Below, in pieces: positions 19,930 to 33,800 of a stretch of 47,808 nucleotides of DNA. Position numbers and translations under genes: made by a program. Position 1 is the first letter of the stretch. The number at the start of each line of letters is the position of its first letter. Source of the DNA: Octopus bimaculoides (taxonomy: Eukaryota); assembly GCF_001194135.2 (NCBI RefSeq), contig NC_068997.1, positions 35,002,721-35,050,528 on the forward strand. The letters are read 5' to 3'. The notes under the pieces were generated by a model. It saw only the letters and a list, made by a program, of their open reading frames with translations, ran no database searches and was not told the DNA's origin.

Positions 19930-21400
19930 CTTGGAAACCTGGTGGAGTAAGATACAACCTAGTCACTCATATAATAAGATCGAGTCATGTAGGAGGGTGT
20001 CATCTCAAATGACTGGTGTAGCAGCATTATGATTACTGCTGTAGAATTCGGGGAGGTGCTTTGGATAGAAGCAGAAGTGTAAGATTTTAGACCAGGTCAT
20101 GGGGTTTACAAGAGAGTTATGGCTCCATTAATTAGGAACAGAGTTGGACTGTGTGATGTTTGGCTTTATGCCAAGTAAGAGTACTGCAAATGCCATCTTT
20201 CTAGTGGGACAGCTGCAGGAGAGGTATCTGGCTAAGGAAAAATCATTGTACTTTGACTTTTCATCAACCTGGAGAGGGTCTTTGATGAAGTTCCTCACTT
20301 TGTTAACTGGTGACCTCTAAGGAAATTAGGAGTGGAAATTGTTGGAGACGTACAAGCCTTGTGTAGGGGTACTGTCCATGGGGTGAGAGTCAGCCTTGAG
20401 TACAGTGATGAATTTGGTGTGCAGGTGGGAATTCATCAGGGATCAGTTGTTAGTCCTCTCTTGTTCATTATGGTCCTCCAGGCCATGTCAGAGGAATTTG
20501 AGACCAGCTGTCCATGGAAGCTGCTATATGCTGATGACCTTGCTCTTATAGTAGCGTTTATAGTGGAATTGAAGAGGAGGTTCTGGGTATGGAAGCAAAA
20601 CCTGGAATCAGGGTGCCTTAGAGTTGACCTACCAAAGTTGTGGTTGGCAAGGAAGGAGACAAGACTCTCTTTTCATTAGGTGAATGGCCCTGTTCAATAT
20701 GTAAGGACAGTGTTGAGAGGAATAGATGTGTGGGAGGTGCAGTGGAATCACTGTCGGTTTGGCAGAGAGAGCCACTTTTGTGTGAGGAGTTTCACAGGAT
20801 CATTAGGCACTGGAGGGGCATGAGAATTGAATTTTCTCAAATGCTCAGAGGAAGGAGTCCCTAAAGGTTGTAGAGTGTTCTGGATTGACAATGGAGGAGG
20901 ATGTTCTGAGGATATAGTTGTTAGAATAGGAATAGGGTAAAGAAGGCTCAGAGAGCTGTTATTGCAAGTGGCAGCAGGAGGCCTCTCTCAGGGTGAAGGG
21001 CAGATTGTGTGATGTTTGTGTATAGATGGCTGTGCTCCATGGTGGAGAGATGTGGTCCCTCAATGCTAAGGACTGGGGAGGAATGTGGCTCGCATGCTCC
21101 AATAGATGTGTGAATGTGTTGAAAGAGGAGTTGAACATGGGAAGAATTAGATGTGACATTCAAGAGGGAGGACTATGATGGCTTGCATATGTGATGTGTA
21201 TGAGTGAGGACAGTTGTATAGAGAAATACCAATCATTTAAAGTGGATGGAGCTTGCAGAAGAGTGCCCCAGGAAGACATGGAATAAGGTGCTGAGGGCCA
21301 ATCTCAGGATGTTGAGCCTCAAAGATGACAGTGGACTGGGATGTCTGGTGAAATGAGGTTCCTAAGAAGACCCGTCCACATCTGGAAGTGTTGTGTATTC
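19930..21400 (+). mobile_element. RTE-clade LINE reverse transcriptase remnant
   Basis: FGFMPSKSTANAIF, VGIHQGSVVSPLLFIMVLQAMSEEFETSCPWKLLYADDLALI, and a 3' PRKTW motif. Many stops and frameshifts. Confidence 0.85.
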
Positions 21401-22053
21401 CACTCACATGTAGCATTAATTCACACACCCCATCCCAATGAACCAAACTACATCTACTAGGGACAAGGTAGTTAATTTTCAATTACACTAAGTAGTATCT
21501 CCTTTAGCAGATAAAGATCTTAAAGAATTTCAGCATTATTGTCCAGACTGTGACGCCTTCGGATGTACGCACTAGGCCCTAGGAATACCATTCCAGTCAT
21601 AGATTATAAAATGATCTTGAGATAAATAGTTATGCTGTTCAAATACACTCTAGAACACAGTTGGTGGATGCTGATAAGTGTCTGAAGGGAGATAAAGCTC
21701 CTTAAAATAACATTTCTGTCGATCAGAATAGAGTTATTTCCCTTGATATACTTTCGCAAAATAAACTAGTGTCAGCCAGTTTCACCTCATGTTAACAACC
21801 TTATTCCAACGTGTCTTATTTTTATTTACCTTCAATCAGTTCTTTTATCTGAGTCAGTTTGAGTAGGAACAACTACGTTTCGGAATTCAGCCATCATACA
21901 ACATACATGCACAGACAAAAACCTCAAGCCAAGCGTAAGGTTCCGAAATAACCTAACGTAGAATTCATATATCCTATGCAAGCTTAGAAAACAAACAAAA
22001 TAATACAATATGATATATATATTGTCGTTTATCTGGTTTTAGTCGTTAGACTG

Positions 22054-25000
22054 CAGCCATGCTGGAGCATCGCCTTGAAGAATTTCTAGTCGAATGACTA
22101 GACCCCAGGACTTATTATTTTAAGCCCCGCTAAGTTATGTGGATGTAAACACCGTTGTCAAGCAGTAGTGGGACACACACACACACCCCTATATATATAT
22201 ATATCAGGTTTCTTTCAGTTTCTGTGTATGAAATCCACTCAAATGACATTGGTCGACCTGGATGCGCAATTTTTTTCCCTACGAGAGTTCCGGATCCCAG
22301 TAATGAACTCATTTGCATATAGCCAATCAGAGCAGAGCTACCTTAATCTTTTTGTCCTCTCTATTCAGCACCGTGCATTCTGGCAGACAGCAACCTTTTT
22401 GTCACTATCGAAAAAATATTTCGCTATCACCTTCAAGTACTACTGTCTCTACCAGTCGGGCAAACGAATAAATATATGTATATAATGTTTCTTCCTTCTT
22501 GGTGTTGATCCTTCGATGTTCATTGGTTACTCCGACGTTGGCACAATAATACACTTGCCCAAACTGAATTGCTGGAGTTATTTCATTTTTCCAGAAAAAT
22601 GTTTTTAAAATGTTTTAGAGGTTTAAAGTTTGATCATTTTCACCCAGTCAGGAAAGAAGACTTGGAAGGTGTCACTTATGCATGACAATATAGCACATGT
22701 TTTCTTTTACGTAAATAAATCTTATTTAGCTGTTATTTTTTGCATGAAAGTTCTCTAGTAATTTTATTTCATGTAAATAAATATTTATGTTAATTTAAAA
22801 GAGAAAAACATGAATGTGTCTGTGGCTTACAATTAACTAAAATTACCAAAATTTTCAAACTTTAGTTACTAATAACTCCTTATTTATCAATTTATAGTGA
22901 AAATTACTTTCACTTCATTAATCAGCCTATATAAGTGTATCATTACACTGCATATGAAATCAATTCGAACAGAAAATTGACACTGGCAACCAAACAGAAA
23001 AGATCCCCAACAAAAATAGTCACAAAAATGTGTGAGTACTTTCACTGAGTACTATTTTATTATTAGTAGTAAATTATAGATCTATTTATTATAACTAGCT
23101 GGACCCATGAAGGATTAAGGAATGCATGGTGCTGACTAGAAAGGATAAAGGTGCCTCTGCTCTGATTGTATTCAAAGGAGTTCATTACTAGGGTCCGGAA
23201 TTCTCGTGGGAAAAAAAATTCGCAGCCCGGAACCGTGTAGTTGTAAAGAAAGCTTCATACCTCATGGTCACACCTGCACCCCACCCCTACTCCATACATA
23301 CACACACACTCACACAGCTTTATTTTCATTGAGTTTGAGTTACTCGAAGTGGGCTACTTTCAAGTTTAGACCTTGATACAAGTGCGAAAATTTTAAAACA
23401 TGGATGCAACGATTGATTCCACCGATATGGTCATTATTATATGTGAAAGTAGAAAAATCACTGCCATTTAGTAAGTCATAAGTAATGGTTTCTGTTTTGG
23501 TCACTGTGCAAGAGAATATCAATGGATAAATAAAATTTGAAAAATATATACTGATAAGAGTAAAAACAGTAGAATTAGAAGATAAATTTTCAAAATTCAA
23601 ACTTTGCTATATTGGAGAAATATAGGACAAGGAAAATAACTCTTTTCTGTTTGCTATGTACTAACGTTTGTCAAAAGAATTACTTACTTGTCTGGCTATC
23701 TAGTCATTTATTACCCATAGTACTGGGGTAAGCATCAATTTACTTGCAAATAGTTGAATATCAACAACAATAGGTAAATCTGAATCAGGCAAGCATGGAA
23801 ATGTGCATACAAAATGATGATGATTATGGTATACATACACATCCAGATTACAAATTTACATTTATACCAATAATAATTGGTGCACTTGGTTTCATAAATG
23901 CCTGTCAGTCTGGATAAACTTGGATTTTCAGACAAAGAAATCAACCAACTGACTTGCACATTACAAATACAGTTTGTAAGCAGAATTGTAAAACTATAAA
24001 AGACTTTTCTCAGATTTAAAATGTGACATTGTTTTCATTGTCTACATTCCAATGATGGAAATTTGTATCTTTGTTAGAAACCAGTTCCTTCTTCAGAGGA
24101 AGAATTTAAATGATTAAAAAACGGAAGAGAAACATACATACATTCATAAATACATACATACGTGCATGCATACATACATTCATTCATTATTCAAGGGACT
24201 GATAAGTTCTAAAGAAGTCTCAAAGTGAATAAAATCTTTAATCTGACAAAATATATTTTGTCAGAATCACCCCCAACCATGCCCATCTTCCCACACTCTG
24301 CTTCCCTCCATTCAGACTCATCACTTGTATTCCCATCCCCTCTGTCTCCCACTCTCCCTTGCAAACTGTGCTTACATGCAATCTCTTTCCCACAACATAT
24401 TCTCCTAACACTTCCACCCTCAACCAGTGCCCACTCACTGCATTCCCCCCACTCTCCCATTGAGGTCAACTTTACTTGTTATCCTTTTGGGGGTCGATAA
24501 AATAAGTACCAGTTGATCACTGGGGCTGATGTAACCAACTTATCCCCATTTCCAAAATAGTTGGCCTTGTGCCAAAATTTGAAATCATTATTATCATCAT
24601 CAACATCACATCATTCAATGTCTGTTTTTCATATTGGCATGCATTGGACAGTTTGACAAAAAGCTGCACCATTCTCTGTTGTCTGTTTTGGCATGGTTTC
24701 TATGGCTGGACGCCCTTCCTAATGCCAACCATTTTACTGAGTGTACAGGGTGCTTTTTATTTGGAACCAGCTACAGTGAAGTTACCAAATAACTTGTAAG
24801 ACAAGATCTCTCAACAGGGTGGGTGAGTGGTATTAAGGGACAGAAAATGGTGTCTTGTAGTATAGAAGAAACATGGCTACCTCAGGTAGAGAGAGCGATG
24901 AGGACGAGACAATGGTTGGTGGCATATCCCACGTTAGAGGAAGGTGTATGTAGTGAAATGGACAGGGGCTCTGCTCTGATTGGCTATATGCAAATGAGTC

Positions 25001-25099
25001 CATTACTGGGATCCGGAACTCTCGTGGGGAAAAATTGCGCATCCAGGTCGACCAATGCCATTTGAGTGGATTTCATACACAGAAACTGAAGGAAACCTG

Positions 25100-25135
<36 letters not shown>

Positions 25136-25254
25136 CCCACTACTGCTTGACAATGATGTTTACATCCACATAACTTAGCGGGGCTTAAAATAATAAGTCC
25201 TGGGGTCTAGTCATTCGACTAGAAATTCTTCAAAGCGATGCTCCAGCATGGCTG
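22054..25254. repeat. Long inverted repeat: arms 22054-22338 and 24968-25254 around a 2.6-kb spacer
   Basis: The arms are highly similar reverse complements by eye, each made of a SINE 3' half plus a non-SINE segment. Confidence 0.9.
24460..24800. repeat. Partial Nin-SINE (+) followed by an RTE-tail-type interspersed repeat (-)
   Basis: TTGAGGTCAACTTTAC...GGGGTCGATAAAATAAGTACCAG, then (CAT)n and TGGCTGGACGCCCTTCCTAATGCCAACC, the latter shared with 37220-37545. Confidence 0.65.
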
Positions 25255-25350
25255 GGGTTAATGTAATTGACTTTCACCCTCCCCTAAAATTGATGGCCTT
25301 GCACCAAAATTGAAATCATGACTATCATTATTATTATTATTATTATTAGT

Positions 25351-25585
25351 GTGGTGAGCTGGTAGAATCATTAGTCCCCCCTCCCCCTAGATGAAATGCT
25401 TAGCAGCAACTAGTTTGTCTTTGCATTCTGAGTTCAAATTCTGTTGAGGTCAACTGCCTTTCATCCTTTCAGGGTTGATAAATTAAGTACCAATTGAGCA
25501 CTGGGATCGATGTGATTGACTACCCAACCTCTCCCACAAAAAAATTTCAGGCCCTGTGCCTATAGTCGAAAGGAATCATCATCAT
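25351..25585 (+). mobile_element. Nin-domain SINE
   Basis: Same head, core and tail as 12344-12565. Confidence 0.8.
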
Positions 25586-26312
25586 GTATAACTGCATCTT
25601 AATTTTTGTTTTTATTCATACTTTTGTGCTACTGCCTTTGGTTACAAAACACACACACAGATACATACATGCATGGTTACATTTCTATTATCCTTTTCTA
25701 AACCCATATTATTCCTTACCATTACAGTTTAACACCAAATTATTTTATTTCACAATGCACTGTTCTTTTTATGATATTGATTTTAGGTGAAAGATAAGAA
25801 ATTCATTGCATTTTATATGATTGCCAAACATTTTTCTTTTTCTCAGCTGTGATCAAGTCTATCAAAAAATTCACTCAATAGCCTTTCTTTTTCTTTGGTC
25901 CATTTTTCAAAATGGATAATAGTTCTTAATTTTTTCCTTTCTTTTTGAAGCAGATTCACTTTATTTACTCTGATCTAAAGTTTATCATATTTAATTCAGA
26001 TTTATTTATTCCTATTTTGAATTTTAAAATGTTTCTTTCATGTTTATTTTTTATTCTTTCTTAGTCTGGCAGTTGTTAATAATTCAAAAATATTAATTTA
26101 AAATACTGATATTATTAAACTGAAGAAATTGTTGAAAAAAATATGATGATGAACTTATTCTGAATCTCTGCCTTAAAATTATTGTGAATTTGAGAGTCAA
26201 ACAAGAAAATTTTGAAGCCCATTCCCTAGCACCAAAATCTGGCAACATAACACCAATAAATGCTTTATAAACTTTTGAATGTCAAAACTTACTTTAACAT
26301 TCAATAGAAATA

Positions 26313-26690
26313 CAGGCACAGGCATGGCTGTGTGGTGAGAAGCTTGCTTCCTAACCACATGGTTCTGGGTTCAGTCTCATTGCACCTTGGACAAGTGTCT
26401 TCTACTCCAGCCTCAGACCAACTAAAGCCTTGTGAGTGAATTTGGCAGGCAAAAATTGAAAGAAGCCTGTCATATATATGTGTGTATGTATATATCTATG
26501 TGTGTGTGTCTTTGCATTTGTATTTGTTCCCGTTAATTAGCGGTTCAACAAAAGAGACTGACAGAGTAAATACTAGGCTTAAAAAAGTAAGTCCTGGGAT
26601 CAGTTAGTTCAACTAAAACCCTTCAAGGTAGTGACCCAGCATGGTTGCAGTCAAATGAGTGAAACAAGTAAAAGAAAAGAGATAAAAAGA
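26313..26690 (+). mobile_element. tRNA-derived SINE with an internal (TA/TG) microsatellite
   Basis: GGCATGGCTGTGTGGTGAGAAG...GGTTCAGTC, CACCTTGGACAAGTGTCTT, and a 3' end CCCAGCATGGTTGCAGTCAAATGAGTGAAACAAGTAAAAG. Its 3' half is the SINE part of the 22054/25254 arms and of the 9250-9830 units. Confidence 0.8.
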
Positions 26691-27149
26691 TACAATCTTT
26701 ACAAGTCTTCAGATCATTAAGTTATCATTTAGAATGAACAACAGCAGTCCTACCCTATGAAGTTAGAATTTATCCAAGTTAATAACTTAGAATATTGACA
26801 CTATAATGAGCATTATACTTTTTTATAACAATCAACTACTATGGTAAGTCTGTATTCTAATATTGTTTTAAGTGAATGCTATTTTCAGTTAAATTGCATG
26901 CATAAATTTTTTGTGGTGTATGAAGTTTATGTAAGAATTGAAACAAATACTAATAAGTTGTGTTGAATTTTTTTTATTCAAACAGCTTGCATAAAACAAT
27001 TTTTATAATTCCATAACTGTAATACAATTAGCTTTGTGAGAATAGCCTTAGAAGTTTTTCCTTTAACATTTTTATTCCTTCATTGAACACTTCTGTTTCT
27101 TAAGTTTGAATCTAATCTTTGAATAAAGGAATTCTGCACTTTTTTTAGT

Positions 27150-29088
27150 TTTACTTACCTACCATAATCAAACTCTGCTTTTGACAAAGGTTAAGGCCCA
27201 GGAGAAATAAAAATAAATTCCTGAAAATACTTAAGTGAGTGCCAAAAGTCCAAGAAATCTGATGAAATTTCTCAAATATCAAAAGCTATCACACTACTTT
27301 ACAATGCAACAACATCTACAGCTGAAACAAACCAGCCAAGTACCATTGAAACCAGTGATAGTGCACAAATTATGGGGGCTCTTTCCATCAATTTTCCCCA
27401 TCTGCAGATATTTTTGAAACAGAGCAGATAAATAAACCCAGAAACAAATTCAGTGATTTCAAAGATTATAGTGACCTTGCAAACTAGTTCATCACAGTTG
27501 ATATTTCATACAGAAGTGATTAATGGAAAATATTAAGAAAAACAGATGATTTATATACCAAGACTAGTAGTGTTTACAAGGAGCAAAACATACTTTTCTA
27601 GTAGATATTTTGAAAGAAGTTTGAAAATGACCAGACTTTGATGAGATCCTGATTAGTTTACTCAATGAACAAAGACTATATATATATTCTGCTTGCAAAT
27701 TCTTTTCTAAATGCCTCACAACATATGAGTTTTCTGACTGAATGAGCATATTCAGAACTCTGAAGAATCATAAAGATAGCATGGAACATAAATGAGTGAT
27801 GCTGTATTGAAAAACAAGAAAGAAACGACGCTGTGCAAGGAGTTGTTGTTTAAGTGAAAGAGGTTTCGCATTTAGAGGTCATGAGGAGGAGTGGAGCTCA
27901 CTAAATAAGGGAAACTTTATGAAGTTCATTGAACTTTTTACTGAGTTTGACCTGTTTTTACAGAAATATTTTGAGGAATGTAAGAATGAAAAGTAAATAT
28001 TTCTCATCTCACCAAAACTGTATGAAGAAGTGATAGAAATCATGGGAAAACTTTTGCAAGATGAAATTATGAATCAAATTAACAACCAAAATAGCAAATA
28101 TTAATCTGTTATTGTTGACTTCACACCTCACCTGATATATGTTGATTAGCTGGTAATTGTGATTTAATACTGTTGTAACAGAAAACCTTACAAAAGATTT
28201 TTAACATTGTCATCAATAGAAAAAGCATTCATTCATGACCATATTCAACAAAATACAAGTCCTAAAATATCTGTGATTTCACTCTTTAAAAACATTAACA
28301 AGTATACAGACTATGTACCATGTACAGTCCATTTGCTCAACTTTGCTGGAGGAAAAGGCTGTATCTGCTACATCTGAAGAAATTAAATATTTTGATATTA
28401 TGCAGGAGCTGTGTTTTCTTTCTTGAACGGGAGATTTAAAACATGCAGGGCAATCCAGATTTTTCTCTGAAGAGCCCAATTGTAACTGTGTAACTAGATG
28501 GTTTGTACACTACAAAGAAATCAGGGCAATTAAAATGGGAAAACAGGTATTTTTCAAACTCTCAAACAAATTTTTGAAAAGAGAAACCTAAATGTAAATG
28601 AGATACAAAGAATTTATATTACAAATTGGTAAAGTTAGAATATGCTATTTAAACAGTTATTTAGGAAGATGTGTTGGAGTGTTTCAGCAAAACAAGTAAG
28701 AAACTTCCAATTATTGGTTTCAATATATCTGAAGTTTACCTTCTGCTATCATCTTTACTTTAATTCTGTAATTGATGAGGATTGTATTAAACTTATAATA
28801 TCATATTACAAATATGATATTAACAATAAAATAGTAAATGAGTGTCATTAGTTCAGAGAATATTTGCATCTTAGAAAATTTCGTAACACAGAAGAAAACA
28901 TGCCATCCAAAATGCAATGCACAGAAACTTTACAGTTTATTCATGAGCAACACCAAGTTGAAACGTTCCCTAATATTACTACTTCACTTTTTCACAAAAA
29001 TGCCTATCGAAAGTTGTGAAGCAGAAAGGAATTTTTCAAAGCTATCCTTTATAGAGAATACATTTTGGTATATCATGGCTGAAGAGCA
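27150..29088 (+). pseudogene. hAT transposase relic (ZMYM1/DUF4371-type), continuing at 34853-34950 beyond the Gypsy insertion
   Basis: Decayed TTF-type zinc-finger region, then AFRGHEE...NKGNFMKFIELF...EVIEIMGKLLQDEI...SVIVD (DUF4371-like), then SCEAERNFSKLSFI..IMAEE|HLNSLSIL, matching the hAT dimerisation motif ERSFSxL...MxxERLxxLAIL once the LTR element is removed. Confidence 0.8.
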
Positions 29089-30029
29089 TGTAGCAAGATG
29101 TAGCACTATTTTGTTGTGGTAGCATAGCACAATCATGCTACACTCAAAACACCCAATCACTGCTGGGCACGGAAGAATACACTTGACCCAGTGGTAAAGC
29201 ACAAGTTTTGAAAGGCAAAAACCAGTTCCTGAGAAGACATCAAGATGTAAGTACATCAGTTGTTCATCCAAATGACAAAACATTGCTGAATTAACACCAA
29301 CCAGAAAATAGCATTCATACAACGATGGGATTTCTACCTCGCCTCACTACCACTCCAAAAATCATTGAATATTTTAGATTTGCAGCCAAGTACCAGAGCT
29401 AACTACCTTGATGTGTATTTAGGAATTAACTTTTGTTTCGCTGCACCCTGTTGCCTTGAATGCTCTGATGTGCCTGCTACTTCATGTCTGATCAAGGAAT
29501 AAATTGTTATGTTTATTAACCAAAACATTGCCTTCTGATATTTATTGTTACCTTCATGTAAAACATATATTTATACATTTCAAACCTTCTTACATGGTAA
29601 GCCTAATTCTTTGATTTTCTTCTTGTTACATTGGTGACCTGATGTTATTCCCTGAAAAATTTTTTTTCAAAAGGCATAAAATAAGTAACAAGATAAACAA
29701 CAAACCAAAAGAAAAAATAACAGGCTTTGAACCACTTGCTCTTTGTTTTAGGCAACCATGTGTGTGAATTTTCTTTCGTTTTCAAGATGGCGGCTGACTT
29801 TCTTCTCCAAAGCATGACCATGTAGTGCTTCACGTATGTACACTGGTGCCATATGTATATGACTTCCCTCATTTTCACCTGGATTTTGCCTGCTTGCTGC
29901 CATTGCTAAAAAAAAAAAAAAAGATTTCTTGATCCTGTTTCATACAAATTTGGATGGAAAATACAAGTCACTGAAGATTTTCTTGGAAGACTTGTACTCA
30001 CCTGTTTTTACCATACAGACTTTACTTCT

Positions 30030-30688
30030 CAGCCATGAGTCACTCACAATTACCAGCGTTTAGTGGGGATGTTTGACTTTGATTTGCCCAGATGGACTTG
30101 TACGTCATGGTGAATGACATTACATCCGAGCTGCGACAGCTGCATATTCTATTGATCTCCATCTCTCCTTCTCTGGCAAATCATCTCAAGGATCTCATCA
30201 CTGACGCCCCAAAAGACGCCACTTATTTAACCATCAAGACTGAGATTATTTGCAGGACACCTCTCTATGCAGGCAAGCATTTCTGCACATTGGTGCACGA
30301 TGAGTATTTGGGTAACAGGACACCGACTCAACTTCTGCGCAGAATGAGAGAACTTACCAAGGGTTCTTCCAAAGACAGCTTCATGTTGAAACTGCTCTTC
30401 TTCACTTGTTTGCCTTTGAATGTGCAGGGGATTCTTGCCCCTAGGATGGAAGATACTATGGTCAATCAGTTGGCCTTGTCTGCTGATAAAATCTTAGAGT
30501 ACACTGGTGGCAGAATTACTGAAAACAGATTGGCTGCTGTTGCTTCTTCTCCCTCAACAGTCGCAGCTTCATTTCAGCAGCCTGATTCCACTCAATCAGT
30601 GACTCTCCAGGCCATGCTGGAACTCACTAAGCAGGTGAAGAATTTATGTGCTGCACAGAATTTGCCATGCCAGAGAACATTCCGGTAG
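30030..30688 (+). pseudogene. Gypsy gag remnant
   Basis: ...YLTIKTEIICR...EYLGNRTPTQLLRRMREL...LKLLFFTCLPLNVQGIL...LALSADKILE, typical of short Gypsy gag proteins. Confidence 0.8.
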
Positions 30689-30859
30689 TTGTCCTCCCCT
30701 AGGCAACACTCCTTACCCCCTGTATCTTCATCAAAATTACATTGGTATCATCATTGGTTTGGCCAAAATGCTAGGAAGTGCATTCAACTATGCTCACATT
30801 CGAGTCAGGGAAATGCCACAGCAGGACACTGAACATGGCAGCTGCTCCCAGCACACATC

Positions 30860-33800
30860 CCTATAGTCATGCATTCTTCGTAAAGGTCCGTTTATCACAC
30901 AAACTCTTCCTTGTCGATTCCGGTGCTGCTTGCAGTATTTGGCCACTTAAATTCATCAAGGACAAACCCACTCTGTTGGATGTTACTCTGCAAACTGTCA
31001 ACCACTCACCCATATCGACATAGTCAAATTTCTCTTTCTCTGGATTTAGCCCTTCAATGGGATTTCAAGTGGATCTTTATCATCGCTGACCTGCCCTATC
31101 CAATCCTAGGCACAGATTTCCTCCATCATTTTTTCCTCATGGTCGACATTCGTAAGCAGCGACTTGTAGACAGCACCACAGATCTCCATATTCCTGGACA
31201 GAAGTCAAATACTCTTGCAGTCAGCCCAGTTTTCTTCATAGCCACAGCTGGTGATCCGTATCAGGCCATTTTGAACTTTTTTCTGGAGCTTACCAAGCTG
31301 AACTTCCAAGTGAATAACCCTACCTACTTGACCGTGCATTTTATTATTACAACTGGTCCTCCTGTTTTTTCTCGAATGAGTCATCCACCTCCAGAGAAGT
31401 TTAAGGTGGCTAAGGCGGAATTTGACCATATGCTCCAGCCAGGAATTATTCACCCTTCCACCAGCCAATAGGCCTCACCTTTACACATGGTCCCTAAAGG
31501 ATCTGGAAATTGGAGACCTAAGGGCAATTTTCGATGCTTGAATGCTATTACTCTTCTGAACGTTATCCAATCCTGCATCTTCAGGATTTCACTTCATATT
31601 TACATGGTGTACAGTGTTTTCTAAGCTTGATCTGGTCAGAGCCTGTGCACCCGGCAGACATCCCTAAAACTGCTGTGACAACTCCATTTGGCTTTTTTGA
31701 ATTCCTAACACTTTAGGAAGTATATTTAAATGTGTGCATGTAAGAAGGTTTGAAATGTATAAATGTATGTTTTACATGAAGGTAATGATAAATATCAAAA
31801 TGCAATGTTTTTGGTTAACAAACATAACAATTTATTCCTTGATCACACATGAAGTAGCAGGCACATCAGAGATAAGTGTTCAAGGCAACAGGATGTAGTG
31901 AGACAAAAGTTAATTCCTTAATAAACATCAAGGTAGTTAGCTCTGGTACTTGGTTGCAAACCTAAAATATCCAATGAGTTTTGGAGTGGTAGTGAAGCGA
32001 GGTAGAACTCCTATAGTTGTATGAATGCTGTTTTCTGATCAGCATTAATTCAGAAACATTTTGTTGTTTAGATGAACAACTGATGTATTTACATCTTGAT
32101 GTCTTCTCAGGAACTGGTTTTTGCCTATCAAAACACACACTTCACTGCTGGGTCAAATGTATCATTCCGCAGCCAGCAGTGATTGGATGTTTCGGGCTTT
32201 GTAATGCTGTCAGTACATTTAAGCATTTCATAGACGAGGTCATTTGTGAACTGGACTTCGTCTATGGCTATATCAATGATCTGTTGATTGCCAGTTCTTC
32301 TGCTATTCAACATTTAAAGCTGCTTTTCCAGCATCTGAACCTGTTCTGAGTTAGAATCAACTCAGCTAAATGTGTTTTTGGATCCTATTCTCTTGTTTTC
32401 CTTGGCCATCTCATTGACAAAGTGGATAATAGGTCTCTTCCTGAAAAAGCCCTGGCTATTGAGGAACTTCCTCTTCCTACCTCTCTTCACCAGCTTCATC
32501 ATTTCCTGGGATTATTGAACTTCTATAGGCGATTTATCTCTCACTGCAGATTGCCTAGCTCCTCTTACTGAGCTTTGAAAGGATCGTAAGAAGAAAAATG
32601 AAGCTATTTTACTTTCGCCTTCCCAGATTAATGTCTTCCAAATGTAAAACGTGAGCTTGCCCAAGCTTCTCTGCTAGCACACCCTGTATATGATGCAAAG
32701 CTTTTGCTTGTGGTGGATGCATCAGATATAGCTGTAGGTGCCATTTTGCAGCAGTTTCACCAAGAGAATATGCAACCTTTGGCATTCTTCTCTCGGCAGC
32801 TAAAACCAGCCGAAACTTACTATCGTACTTTTGGATGTAAATTATTAGCAATTTACCTGGCAGTGTAACACTTCTGTCATCACCTTGAAGGAAGCCATTT
32901 TACTATCTACATGGATCATAAACCTCTTCTTCGCCTTACGGTCCAAGCCTGAAGAATATTCGCCGAAGGAGACGAGACATCTTGATTTTGTTTCCCAGTT
33001 TACCAGCGACATTCAGCATATCTCAACAATGCTGCTGATGCTTCAGCCCATTTGTCAATTAATACTTTGGCATCTACTTCTGCAATTGATTTGACTGTTT
33101 TAGCCTCAGACCAGCCTCCTTTGAACTCCTTGAACACCACATTTACTGAATTTTTGACATGTAAATTCAAGTACCTGCCCGTACCGACTGCTGACAAGAA
33201 CATCTTATGTGACATGTCAACAGAGTCACCTTGTCCTTTCATTCCAGAGAAACATCACAGGGTTGTTTTCAATGTTTTACACAGTCTTACTCATCCTGGC
33301 ATTGTGGCCTCAGTAAAACTCATTACAGCTAGATTCTTCTGGCCAAACATGAGGTGTGAAATTACTGAGTGATCTCATTCTTGTCTTCTCAATTTTGTGA
33401 GACTATGGCCTGTCAGTCAGAGATTTACATACATCTTGACTTGCATCAGCCGATGGCCTGAAGCAGTTCCATTAACAGACATTACCGCTGAATTCATAAC
33501 ACGAGCCCTGGTATCAGGATGAATATCATGCTACAGCGTTCCTACCACAGAACATGGCAGACAATTCGAATCTCACCTTTTTTCTGAGCTAACAAAAATC
33601 ATCGGTGCTCAACAGATTCAGACTACCAGCTACCATCCTGAGTCAAACAGCATAGTGGAATGCTTCCACCAATAACTGAGAGCTGCTTTGTGAGCCACAC
33701 TTGACACTCAGTGTTGGACAGAGTATCTTTCTATTGTTCTCCTCGGTATTCACACATTGGTTAAAGAAGACCTTGGTTTCTCTCCAGCTGAGCTGCTTTA

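Noticed and set aside
22369-22620. Coding exon after the strong acceptor at about 22368
   Set aside because: All three frames close quickly and none gives a recognisable domain.
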